From IMG/VR virus record IMGVR_UViG_3300045988_067813, positions 1,036 to 65,035 of that record: a stretch of 64,000 nucleotides of DNA; one strand, 5' to 3'. The notes beneath the pieces are model-generated. The model searched no databases. It was given only the letters and a program-made list of their open reading frames with translations, and was not told the origin of the DNA. Source of the stretch: a virus. The position numbers and the translations under genes are program-made. Below, in pieces: positions 1 to 8,085 of the stretch (its first letter is position 1; every line of letters starts with the position of its first letter).

Positions 1-624
1 TCATAAGAGAAATGTAACTATAGAATACTTTAAAGAACAACAGATAACACTTAAACGACTGTAGGAAATCCTATGGTCTTTTATTATGCGTTAAAGTAGA
101 ATATTAGAATGGAGTAACATGTTTTTAAATGATTTAGGTCATAGATGAATAGGGGAATTAGGGTAGGCTTGTTAAGGGTTTACTTTTTAATTGGGTAACA
201 TGTTTTTGAAGGGTAATTTTTATTGGTGAATGGAGAGAACGAAGCCCACACTCCCAGTTCCATTTTTTAATCAACCCTATTATTATATTAAATTTTTAAT
301 CTTGCCAACCCTTGCCAATTTACATAGAAATAAATGTCTAATATACTTGAGCTAAGGGGGTAAAATTATTTTATATGATTACTCAGAAAAGTTTACATAA
401 TTTATTTTATGTGAATTACCACCAAAACCACCCAAACAAAAACATAAATGCTTGATTATATTTACCTATTATCTTACAATCCTATACATCCTTTTCTCTT
501 GTCTCTCTTGTATCTATCCATAATTTTATACATAGTAAAATTGTATAATTTACTATACTAAAATTCTACCTAAATATACTAAATAAAATTTTTATAAAAT
601 ATCGCAAATTATCGCAAAAAACTA

Positions 625-653
625 TAGACAAATGAAAACAAAAGTGCTATAAT
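625..653 (+). promoter_or_regulatory. candidate sigma-70-type promoter
   Basis: TAGACA (625-630), 17-nt spacer, TATAAT (648-653), with TGC directly upstream of the -10 (extended -10 form). Lies in the ORF-free leader. Confidence 0.35.
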
Positions 654-739
654 AGTATTAACAAGTAAAGAGAAACAGAAAAACGCTTAAAAACGTTGAT
701 ACTAATAATAAAATATTATGAAATATCGCACTTTTTCTC

Positions 740-768
740 TTGACTTATATAAAGCAATCTGCTATAAT
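740..768 (+). promoter_or_regulatory. candidate early promoter
   Basis: TTGACT (740-745), 17-nt spacer, TATAAT (763-768), again preceded by TGC. Sits 48 nt upstream of the first early ORF. Confidence 0.5.
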
Positions 769-815
769 AATAGTAGATAAAATATAACAAGCCTAAAGGC
801 AAAAGGAGAAAAACC

Positions 816-1073
816 ATGAAAACACCTAAATTTGACTATAATAACACTGAACTATATACTTCTCGTTATTCTCAGTATGGCTATTGCCTATTCATTATGG
901 TAGATATTGAAAATAATACTTTCGTGTTTGGGCAAAGCAACTCAACATGTGTAAGTCTTCACCGTGCAGAATACAGAGTAATGGAAAGAATGACTCAAAA
1001 GCAAGTAAAAGATTTAAGAGATAGATATTTACAACGTGGATACACTCAACTAACTACAAAAGACTTCATTTAA
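816..1073 (+). CDS. hypothetical early protein
   Basis: 85-aa ORF with an AAAGGAG RBS (aaaggagaaaaaccATG). No recognisable motif. Confidence 0.6.
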   Translation: MKTPKFDYNNTELYTSRYSQYGYCLFIMVDIENNTFVFGQSNSTCVSLHRAEYRVMERMTQKQVKDLRDRYLQRGYTQLTTKDFI

Positions 1074-1362
1074 GCCTTCTGGGTACAAGCCTAGCGCCAA
1101 TCTTGCAAGGGGTTGGGGGCTATATTCTTCTAACGTGCTACAATCATATTAAGCATTATAATACTAGTCAAAGCCCTCTTAATGTAAGGGATATGCTTTC
1201 TAGACTTGCTTAAAACATTGTAAAAAGCAGAACAGAAGAAAAAGTAAACAGATTGCCCCTATAAAGCTATAAAAAGGGGGAATAGTCAGAAGATAGCACT
1301 GTACTAACGCAAAATACAATAAAATCGAAGGGAATAGCCCCAAGGCTATAGAGGTTTAATTT

Positions 1363-1656
1363 ATGCTTGAGTTTAAAACTCGTTATACTAGCATTATAAT
1401 TGATGAATTAAGCACTGTAAAAAGAATTGGTAAATATCCAATAAACTACAAAGCTGTTACACGTTTAGACGGTAGAAGAGTCACAGCAAAAGAAAACTAT
1501 GTCAGCTTTATCTTTGAAAAATATGAGATTCTGATAGCTTGTAATAACTCTAAAAAAGTTTGTGAATTGATTGAAGAAACTTTCTTGAATCCTATCAAGT
1601 ATAAACACAATAAGACAACCATAAAAGCTGAAAGCATTAACATTTATAAGATTTAA
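1363..1656 (+). CDS. hypothetical early protein
   Basis: 97-aa ORF on the early coding strand, followed by a GGGGA/TCCCC hairpin. No motif recognised. Confidence 0.5.
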   Translation: MLEFKTRYTSIIIDELSTVKRIGKYPINYKAVTRLDGRRVTAKENYVSFIFEKYEILIACNNSKKVCELIEETFLNPIKYKHNKTTIKAESINIYKI

Positions 1657-1662
1657 AGGTTT

Positions 1663-1677
1663 GGGGATTCTTTCCCC
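1663..1677 (+). terminator. weak stem-loop after ORF 1363-1656
   Basis: ggggattctttcccc forms a 5-bp stem with a 5-nt loop, but only a short T run follows. Confidence 0.25.
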
Positions 1678-1717
1678 TTACCTAACTATTAAAGAATAAG
1701 AAAGAGAGAAAAGAAAA

Positions 1718-2077
1718 ATGAGTAAAACACTTGAAAAATTGATTGTAAGAGCTTATGAGCTAGGAGAGTCAAATTTAAATGGTCGTATGATGGAATATGG
1801 TTATAAAAGGGAATTAAGAAGTAAATGGGCTTTTGTGTATGATAAACAAGCGGAAATCTTGACTATGAAACACTGGGGAACTACTATCTTAACTTATGAT
1901 TTTACAACTGATACCATTATAGAAGCTTATGGACAGTCAAAAAGTGATGCTGATGCTATAAATTGGTTTGGACGTACTCAAAACGCTATTGTAAAAGCTT
2001 CTTACCGTCCATCTGTAGATAACTTTCTGGTAACTGGACATTTCTATGGAGATTTAGAGACTAAAAAAGTAAACTAA
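1718..2077 (+). CDS. hypothetical early protein
   Basis: 119-aa ORF on the early coding strand, followed by a 7-bp hairpin. Confidence 0.5.
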   Translation: MSKTLEKLIVRAYELGESNLNGRMMEYGYKRELRSKWAFVYDKQAEILTMKHWGTTILTYDFTTDTIIEAYGQSKSDADAINWFGRTQNAIVKASYRPSVDNFLVTGHFYGDLETKKVN

Positions 2078-2096
2078 GGGGGTAAAATTCCCCCTT
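2076..2096 (+). terminator. stem-loop after ORF 1718-2077
   Basis: aaggggg-taaaatt-ccccctt forms a 7-bp stem. No long T run follows. The motif ctaagggggtaaaatt also occurs at about 350-366. Confidence 0.3.
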
Positions 2097-2140
2097 GGGA
2101 TTTAAGGAATTAAGGAAACATTAGGAAGAATAAAACTAAC

Positions 2141-2446
2141 ATGGAAACTAATAATAAAAATTATAAAATCTTTAAAATTCTGGGCTTGGCTGTTGTGCTA
2201 TTCTATGCTTTTATCTTTATCGGTAGTAGTTTCTCTACTACTGGGGTAAAAGATGCCAAACCTATTGAGTATAAAAGCGACTACTTAAACCAAAAAATGG
2301 AACTAAGAGACGCTGAAATCTTGGGAAAATTTTGGAATGATAAAGGGCATTTTATAGTAGTATATGATGAGGACACAAAAGCCCCAGAATTGTTCCAGAT
2401 TGATTTTTCTGAGTGGAATCTAATAAGTGTAGGGGATACATATTAA
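2141..2446 (+). CDS. hypothetical membrane-anchored protein
   Basis: 101-aa ORF with an N-terminal hydrophobic segment (ILGLAVVLFYAFIFIGSSF). Confidence 0.5.
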   Translation: METNNKNYKIFKILGLAVVLFYAFIFIGSSFSTTGVKDAKPIEYKSDYLNQKMELRDAEILGKFWNDKGHFIVVYDEDTKAPELFQIDFSEWNLISVGDTY

Positions 2447-2507
2447 AACGCTGTAGGGGGCTTGTGAGAGCCTTCTAGAGCTATGATAGATAGAAAGGTA
2501 TTATAAA

Positions 2508-2663
2508 ATGAAAATTAAAAAGATGAAACTACTAAAATTTATGGCATTGCCTACTTTCTTGGGGTATAGCGTATTAGCTAACCTTAACTACACTTTTTCA
2601 CTGATGATTCTTTGTGGGTTTGTGGCTGTTATAGCCTTGCAATTCATGTATATTACAGACTAG
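2508..2663 (+). CDS. small hydrophobic protein (51 aa, below the ORF-track cutoff)
   Basis: Own translation: MKIKKMKLLKFMALPTFLGYSVLANLNYTFSLMILCGFVAVIALQFMYITD. It has two hydrophobic stretches and fills the gap between neighbouring genes. Confidence 0.4.
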   Translation: MKIKKMKLLKFMALPTFLGYSVLANLNYTFSLMILCGFVAVIALQFMYITD

Positions 2664-2674
2664 GAGAGGTTAAA

Positions 2675-2914
2675 ATGTATCCAACAATTAAAGATAAAAA
2701 AAGGGATTTAAAAAATGCCTGGTTAACTGCTAAAAATAAGCTTGTGACTGTAGAAGTATTAGATACATTCTTAATTGAAATTTTTGTCTTATATAGTTAT
2801 GACCACAAAGAAGAACCTCCTTTCTTGCTTGGTAAGGATTTACAAAAGTCACTGAATTTACCCTTTGATGTTAAGTATAGACAGCTTGAAAGGGTTTTAG
2901 GTGGTCTAAAATGA
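2675..2914 (+). CDS. hypothetical protein
   Basis: The track ORF 2612-2914 starts at a TTG inside the previous small ORF. The in-frame ATG at 2675 has a strong RBS (taggagaggttaaaATG). Its stop overlaps the next start (ATGA). Confidence 0.5.
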   Translation: MYPTIKDKKRDLKNAWLTAKNKLVTVEVLDTFLIEIFVLYSYDHKEEPPFLLGKDLQKSLNLPFDVKYRQLERVLGGLK

Positions 2915-3105
2915 AGTTAGAAATTGGTCAAACAGTTAAATTAAATAGAAGTATGGGTCAATGTGAAAAGGGTGAAGTATTCAAAGTTGTTAGAATAAGT
3001 GGGTTTTTAGCTGTTCTTAAAAGTATAGTAACAAATGATGAATATTTTGTATATATAAATTTTAGTGGGGTTGATTTAATAGAAAAGGAGATTTTCCATG
3101 TTTAA
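2911..3105 (+). CDS. array A small paralog 1 (single-domain, ends EIFHV)
   Basis: First of six head-to-tail ORFs. Its last codons plus stop overlap the next start in the octamer ATGTTTAA. Confidence 0.6.
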   Translation: MKLEIGQTVKLNRSMGQCEKGEVFKVVRISGFLAVLKSIVTNDEYFVYINFSGVDLIEKEIFHV

Positions 3106-3313
3106 TATAGGTGATATTATTGAGCTAACCCAAGATACATTCATGTATGAAAAGGGCATAATTTGTCAAATTGTGGAAGTGGATGAAGATAATTCTAATT
3201 ATGGGTTTGTTAAAATTTTAAAATATCCTGATGGTAGAGAAGGTGACGGTAAGGAAAGGCACGCAAACCTAACTCTATTTAAGTTAGTAGCTAAGGAATG
3301 TTTCTATGTTTAA
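3098..3313 (+). CDS. array A small paralog 2 (single-domain, ends ECFYV)
   Basis: Begins MFNIGDII. ATGTTTAA junctions at both ends. Confidence 0.6.
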   Translation: MFNIGDIIELTQDTFMYEKGIICQIVEVDEDNSNYGFVKILKYPDGREGDGKERHANLTLFKLVAKECFYV

Positions 3314-3641
3314 AGTTGGTGATATAGTGTGGTCTAATACTAATAGATATAGCATGACATGCTACCATAGACCCTGTAAGGTTGTAAGGGTAGATAGTTT
3401 TAGTAGAATGATTGTAGAAGTCATTGATACAGGAAAGTATTATCCAGTTGAAACTAAAGAATTTGAGCATATCACAGAAGATGGAATATTTTACATTGGG
3501 GATATTTTAGAATATAAAGGTATGATACTCATTTTCCAGAGTTACCAAGATTATTCCACAGTATTGTGTAATACTCTTGATGAATCCCCCATTAGAGTAG
3601 AGATTAAGGATATAAGGAAAGTAGGTGGTTTCTTTGTTTAA
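3306..3641 (+). CDS. array A small paralog 3 (two-domain, ends GGFFV)
   Basis: Begins MFKVGDIVWSNTNRYSMTCYHRPCKVV. A second half-domain carries IGDIL. Confidence 0.65.
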   Translation: MFKVGDIVWSNTNRYSMTCYHRPCKVVRVDSFSRMIVEVIDTGKYYPVETKEFEHITEDGIFYIGDILEYKGMILIFQSYQDYSTVLCNTLDESPIRVEIKDIRKVGGFFV

Positions 3642-3975
3642 AGTTGGTGATATAGTGTGGTCTAAATCCCATAGGTATTCAGTTACTTTCTATCATAGAC
3701 CTTGTAGGGTTTTAAAAATTTTAGGGTCAGAAATGAGGGTGCAAGTATTAGATAATGGTTACTCTTTTGTAGTTGATGTACTTAAATTTGAGCTTGTGCC
3801 AGAGGGTGGAATACTTGAGCCAGGAGATAAGCTTATCCATAGTAAGACTAAAGAAATGCTTATTTTTACAAAGTACCATGATTGTGAGTATATAAAGTGT
3901 AGAAATTCAGATAATGAAGTTAAGCAGTATAAAATTCAAGATGTAGAAAAGTATAAGGAAATATTTTATGTTTAA
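3625..3975 (+). CDS. array A small paralog 4 (ends EIFYV)
   Basis: Contains FKVGDIVWSKSHRYSVTFYHRPCRVL. The junction octamer here is TTGTTTAA, so the real start is probably TTG at 3634 or GTG at 3625. Confidence 0.6.
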   Translation: MVSLFKVGDIVWSKSHRYSVTFYHRPCRVLKILGSEMRVQVLDNGYSFVVDVLKFELVPEGGILEPGDKLIHSKTKEMLIFTKYHDCEYIKCRNSDNEVKQYKIQDVEKYKEIFYV

Positions 3976-4306
3976 AAAAGGAGATATTGTAAGAGCTACT
4001 ACACGAAGATATGTTTATACAAGTTATATGCGACCATGTTTAGTCAAGGAATATGATTCATCAGGAAAATTACTGATAGAGCCTTTTGATGATGGTTCTA
4101 CTTATGATGTAGATGATACAGCTTTTGAAATTGTACCTACTAGAGAAATATTCAAACAAGGTCAAGAAATACTTGTAAAAGGCTTTAAAGATAGGGTTGT
4201 GTTTAAAAAATATCTTAGTAGAGGTGAAATTAGGATAACAGAGGATGAATGGTTTCACGATATTAGTATAGATGATGTTATTTATCTAAGGGGGTTTTAT
4301 GTTTAA
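3968..4306 (+). CDS. array A small paralog 5 (ends RGFYV)
   Basis: Begins MFKKGDIVRATTRRYVYTSYMRPCLV. ATGTTTAA junctions at both ends. Confidence 0.65.
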   Translation: MFKKGDIVRATTRRYVYTSYMRPCLVKEYDSSGKLLIEPFDDGSTYDVDDTAFEIVPTREIFKQGQEILVKGFKDRVVFKKYLSRGEIRITEDEWFHDISIDDVIYLRGFYV

Positions 4307-4646
4307 AGAAGGGGACATTGTATGGTGCACAAGTGATGATGATTACAGAATAACTTGTTATCACAGACCTTGCAGAGTTGTGGGTTATGATAGTCAGGGC
4401 TATTTATTACTAAAAGCCTTTAACCAATCTAATTCAATAAAACATGATGTAAACGAAAAGTTGTTTGAATTAGTACCAGTACACAAAATATTGAAGCCTG
4501 GTCAACTGATTAAAATTAAGGGATTGGATAGATTAGTAGAGTTCAAAAAGTATAAAGATAGAGGTTATGTTGAAGTGGTTGATAATGGCTGGTTTTCAGA
4601 ATACTATGTAGACGATATTATATTTGAAGAAGGGTTTTATATCTAA
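4299..4646 (+). CDS. array A small paralog 6 (ends EGFYI)
   Basis: Begins MFKEGDIVWCTSDDDYRITCYHRPCRVV. Its stop overlaps the next start (TAATG). Confidence 0.65.
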   Translation: MFKEGDIVWCTSDDDYRITCYHRPCRVVGYDSQGYLLLKAFNQSNSIKHDVNEKLFELVPVHKILKPGQLIKIKGLDRLVEFKKYKDRGYVEVVDNGWFSEYYVDDIIFEEGFYI

Positions 4647-4990
4647 TGTTAGCGAACTTAACAGGTCACGATATTTATATTGTGGATAGACATGGAAATA
4701 TAGTAACTACAATACAGCCTTGTGAAACAGAAGAGCCTCTGAGAGCTGAGGTTACTATGCGAAGACAGAAAAAAATTGAAGGAATAAAATTAACTAAACT
4801 CTTTTATACTAGCAATATCACAGAGCGAAAAATGCAAGAATTACTTAACAAGTATGATGGTATTATTGTATCTAAGATAACAGCAGAGTGCTTGAAAGAG
4901 TTAGGCTACACGGATAAGATTTATATTACTGGAAGAAAGTTTTATAGACATGGTGAGCTTATCGGTGTGAAAGAATTATGTATTTTATAA
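4646..4990 (+). CDS. hypothetical protein
   Basis: 114-aa ORF translationally coupled to array A. No motif recognised. Confidence 0.5.
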   Translation: MLANLTGHDIYIVDRHGNIVTTIQPCETEEPLRAEVTMRRQKKIEGIKLTKLFYTSNITERKMQELLNKYDGIIVSKITAECLKELGYTDKIYITGRKFYRHGELIGVKELCIL

Positions 4991-5008
4991 GGTAAAGGAA
5001 AGAAGAAA

Positions 5009-6550
5009 ATGAAAATGCAATCAGTAACAAGAGAAAATATGGAAACATTCAAGGAATCAATGCTATCAAAAAAGGAATTTGAGGAGCTTGTAGGAGAGGT
5101 AAAAACAAACAAAGAGCTTGCTGAAAGACTTGCACAGATTGAAGCACCAGCAGATATTGAAGGGTATGGAGCTGACTTTGTGGAAGCTGTTAAGACCTTA
5201 AATAGTCAAACAGACTTTCTTGAGGTTATCAGAGCATGGGATTTGGTGGATAAGCTACGAAAGTATCAAAGCCTATTCCCTAGTGGCTATACATTTAAGG
5301 ATATGTACCTAACTAGCCCTCTCCCTACTGTACTTGTGGGAGTTGATAAAGAGCGTACACTCTTAAAATATCCTGAAAAGTGGTATGAAGACCACAAAGA
5401 AGAGCTTTCTAAAGTATTAGACTTGCTTATTTATCGTAAGAAAAATGGAGGTGATTCTTACACAGAGCGAAACAGTAACATTGAAGACTTAGATAGATTT
5501 ATTTCAGATAATAACCTAGGTAGTTATCCTAAAGTGTTTTCTTATATGCTTATGAGAAGCACAGATGGAAGATATGCTAATGATGGGGATAAAGTTAAGG
5601 TATTACCAAAATTCCAAAAATATATCTCTAAGAAATTTGACAAAAAAATTAAAGAGCTTAATGGGGATTTAGTAAAAATTTCTTATTCAAGTATGGTAAA
5701 AGACTATTTTGGGCTTAATTTAGATGAATCAAAAAATGCTCCTAAGTTGTCTAAACAGCTTAAAAAAGCAGGAATTAGCTACACTGATGAAGAAATCCGC
5801 CATTTTGGGGAAGTAAGAAACTGGTGGGATGATTGGAATGTTTTTAACAAGTCAACAATTAAAAATAAGGTTTTTCGTGCAAGAGATTTATGGGTAGATA
5901 AAGCAGATTTTACTATTCCAGTTATTGTTGACGATTGGGCTTTCAATGACTCTTGTAATAAGTCTGATAGCGGTGCTGGTGCTGATACCCATCTTGTGTT
6001 ACGAAGTTTTGGGTTTGAATATCTCAAAGGGTATTCTGTAGGGTACACAAGAGATAATGGATATTCCCTATACCCTGCTATGAGAACTTATTTCTTAAGG
6101 AAAGACAGCGATATTGCTCATGCTGGAACTTATGCCGATTTTAGTAGCACCAGAGCAAAAGCTTGTTATGAATTTACTACTGTCCTCTTGTGTATCTTCT
6201 TTAACAAAAAAGTAGATGATTTTTACAAGATTAAAGGTATGAATATTGATTGTCAATATTACAATGACAAAAAAGGAGGAAGTATTTACTTTTGGGCTAA
6301 CCAAGCAAAAAATGACTATGCTAAATTTGGTACAGCAGAGCTTTTTGAAGAATATGATGCGCTTGTAATGGAAGATTACATAAATAATAATGAAAGTCTA
6401 CGAAATACATTAAATAATTATTTAAAATCTAATGAATATAGATTATTACAAGAAAAGTACATGAATTTTATTGGTTTACAGCTATCAGATAAAGCACCAG
6501 AAGTTAGAGAGCTATCACCTCTTACAAAAGAATTGTTGGAATTGATTTAA
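5009..6550 (+). CDS. large hypothetical early protein (513 aa)
   Basis: Long ORF with an RBS (aaaggaaagaagaaaATG). I recognise no catalytic motif. Confidence 0.6.
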   Translation: MKMQSVTRENMETFKESMLSKKEFEELVGEVKTNKELAERLAQIEAPADIEGYGADFVEAVKTLNSQTDFLEVIRAWDLVDKLRKYQSLFPSGYTFKDMYLTSPLPTVLVGVDKERTLLKYPEKWYEDHKEELSKVLDLLIYRKKNGGDSYTERNSNIEDLDRFISDNNLGSYPKVFSYMLMRSTDGRYANDGDKVKVLPKFQKYISKKFDKKIKELNGDLVKISYSSMVKDYFGLNLDESKNAPKLSKQLKKAGISYTDEEIRHFGEVRNWWDDWNVFNKSTIKNKVFRARDLWVDKADFTIPVIVDDWAFNDSCNKSDSGAGADTHLVLRSFGFEYLKGYSVGYTRDNGYSLYPAMRTYFLRKDSDIAHAGTYADFSSTRAKACYEFTTVLLCIFFNKKVDDFYKIKGMNIDCQYYNDKKGGSIYFWANQAKNDYAKFGTAELFEEYDALVMEDYINNNESLRNTLNNYLKSNEYRLLQEKYMNFIGLQLSDKAPEVRELSPLTKELLELI

Positions 6551-6563
6551 AAGGAGAAATAAC

Positions 6564-7688
6564 ATGAAATACACATTTATTGACGTACTAACTAAAACAC
6601 AATCAGAAATGCAAGAATGGCTTCCAGAAGTATTGGCTGACTATGGTTATCAAATTAAGGTAACAGACTACATGATTCAAGCAATTAGTACAGAAGAGAA
6701 TCAGCCTTGTCTTGTGGCTCATTTAGACACAATCAACACAAAACGCAAGAACTCTGGTTATAGTTATGGTACTTACTACCAAAATACCACAGTCACAAGC
6801 ACAGAAAAAGACCGTACACCAGAAGAGGAAGATATTCTAGTCACAGAGCGCTATATCTTATTGTCTCCTGAGTGCAAGTCTAGTATTCAATGTTTGGGTG
6901 CTGATGACCGTGTAGGAGTTAAGACTATCCTAGATATTCTTGAGACAGGTCTCAGACCTCATATTCTCTTCACTACAGACGAAGAAGTGGGTTGTGTGGG
7001 TTCTAGGAAGGCAGTAGAAGAAAATGCGTTAGAGGGGCTAAAAATGGCTTCTATGCTTATTCAAATTGACCGAGGGGTTCATGAACGTTCTTGGCATGAA
7101 ATGGTAACTTATGACTTTGACCCAGAATCACACAAGGAAATCTTTGATGAGTTACGAAAGACCTACACAATGGCTACAGGTTCATACACAGACGTAGCAG
7201 TGCTTGGACCTCATTTAGATAAACCTATTGTGAATGTATCAGCTAGTTATATGCACGAACATACCACAGACGAATTTATCAATCTAGATGCCTATAAGTA
7301 TAACACACAAGGTCTAATCAAGTTCATTGAATGGGCACAGAAGCAAGACACAAGCGAATGGAAGTATGTAGCTAAATATGTACCACCAAAACCAAAAATC
7401 ACACGCACTACAGACTTTACTAACTTTCCTCCTAAATTTGGAGAGCAAAGACCTAGCCTATGGGAAAGAGATAAAGGGTATGCTAAAGCAGAAGACTACT
7501 TTAAAGAAATGTGTAAATCTCAATTTATGCACCCTATCACAATCTTTGACCGTTATATAGCAGAAGGTTATGAAGAAGAAGACTTACTAGATTGCTTAGA
7601 CTTAGCATATAGTCTAGGAGCTGAGTTCACAAACGTGTGGCAATTAAATTATATTCTTGAAGGTAAGATTTACCAACACGTTGTATAA
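6564..7688 (+). CDS. M20/M28-type zinc metallopeptidase-like protein
   Basis: RBS is aaaggagaaataacATG. Motifs in the order typical of co-catalytic metallopeptidases: LVAHLDTI (H-x-D), GADDRVGV, TTDEEVGCVGS (E-E). A C-terminal ~100 aa has no assignment. Confidence 0.5.
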   Translation: MKYTFIDVLTKTQSEMQEWLPEVLADYGYQIKVTDYMIQAISTEENQPCLVAHLDTINTKRKNSGYSYGTYYQNTTVTSTEKDRTPEEEDILVTERYILLSPECKSSIQCLGADDRVGVKTILDILETGLRPHILFTTDEEVGCVGSRKAVEENALEGLKMASMLIQIDRGVHERSWHEMVTYDFDPESHKEIFDELRKTYTMATGSYTDVAVLGPHLDKPIVNVSASYMHEHTTDEFINLDAYKYNTQGLIKFIEWAQKQDTSEWKYVAKYVPPKPKITRTTDFTNFPPKFGEQRPSLWERDKGYAKAEDYFKEMCKSQFMHPITIFDRYIAEGYEEEDLLDCLDLAYSLGAEFTNVWQLNYILEGKIYQHVV

Positions 7689-7691
7689 AAG

Positions 7692-7721
7692 AAAAAAGGA
7701 CAGCTCATTTGCTGTCCTTTT
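7692..7721. terminator. bidirectional rho-independent terminator
   Basis: aaaggacagc-tcattt-gctgtccttt forms a perfect 10-bp stem. It is flanked by an A run on the left and a T run on the right, so it works on both strands. Confidence 0.8.
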
Positions 7722-7743
7722 AAGGTTACTTTATGTACTTATA

Positions 7744-7772
7744 AGTATATCACACACAGCAGAATCTTGCAA
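7744..7772 (-). promoter_or_regulatory. leftward promoter of the CTGTGTGTG-spacer class (orphan)
   Basis: Minus strand reads TTGCAA (7772-7767), 17 nt (gattctgctgtgtgtga), TATACT (7749-7744). It fires straight into the 7692-7721 terminator. Confidence 0.4.
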
Positions 7773-7790
7773 GTAAAAGACTCTATATAC

Positions 7791-7990
7791 TATGTATCTT
7801 TTTGGTGGAAGTATAAGTTTTCTTTATATTATATATACTCTTGTATATGTGATAAATAAATACATAATCTATCTTATTCTACACAGATATTATATGATAT
7901 GTAAACATTTGATGGAAGTATAAGTTTTCTTTATTATATACTATATACTAGGAATTAGTATTTGTATATGTGATAAAAGAATACATACCC
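7791..7990 (+). repeat. regulatory cassette copy A: two ~100-bp direct repeat units
   Basis: Unit starts at 7791 (tatgtatctttttggtggaagtataagttttctttat) and at 7908 (tttgatggaagtataagttttctttat). Each is followed by tatatac, ttgtatatgtgataaa and aatacata. The same units occur reverse-complemented at 63781-64000. Confidence 0.85.
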
Positions 7991-8012
7991 TATATCTAAA
8001 ATACCAAACCCT

Positions 8013-8064
8013 AGACCAAGCAAAATGTTCGTAGTCAAGCTACAAACATTTTTTGGGGACGATA
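8013..8064 (+). promoter_or_regulatory. conserved 52-nt element with a 13-bp hairpin (cassette copy A)
   Basis: agaccaagc-AAAATGTTCGTAG-tcaag-CTACAAACATTTT-ttggggacgata. It matches the reverse complement of 63723-63774 at 47 of 52 positions. Confidence 0.7.
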
Positions 8065-8085
8065 TAAATTTCTTGAAGTTGGTTA

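Noticed and set aside
2911-4646. Explaining the conserved F-Y-V C-terminus purely as a by-product of the overlapping ATGTTTAA start of the next gene.
   Set aside because: This is valid for array A alone. It is rejected as the full explanation because array B (23179-24683) keeps the same tail without any overlap with the next start.
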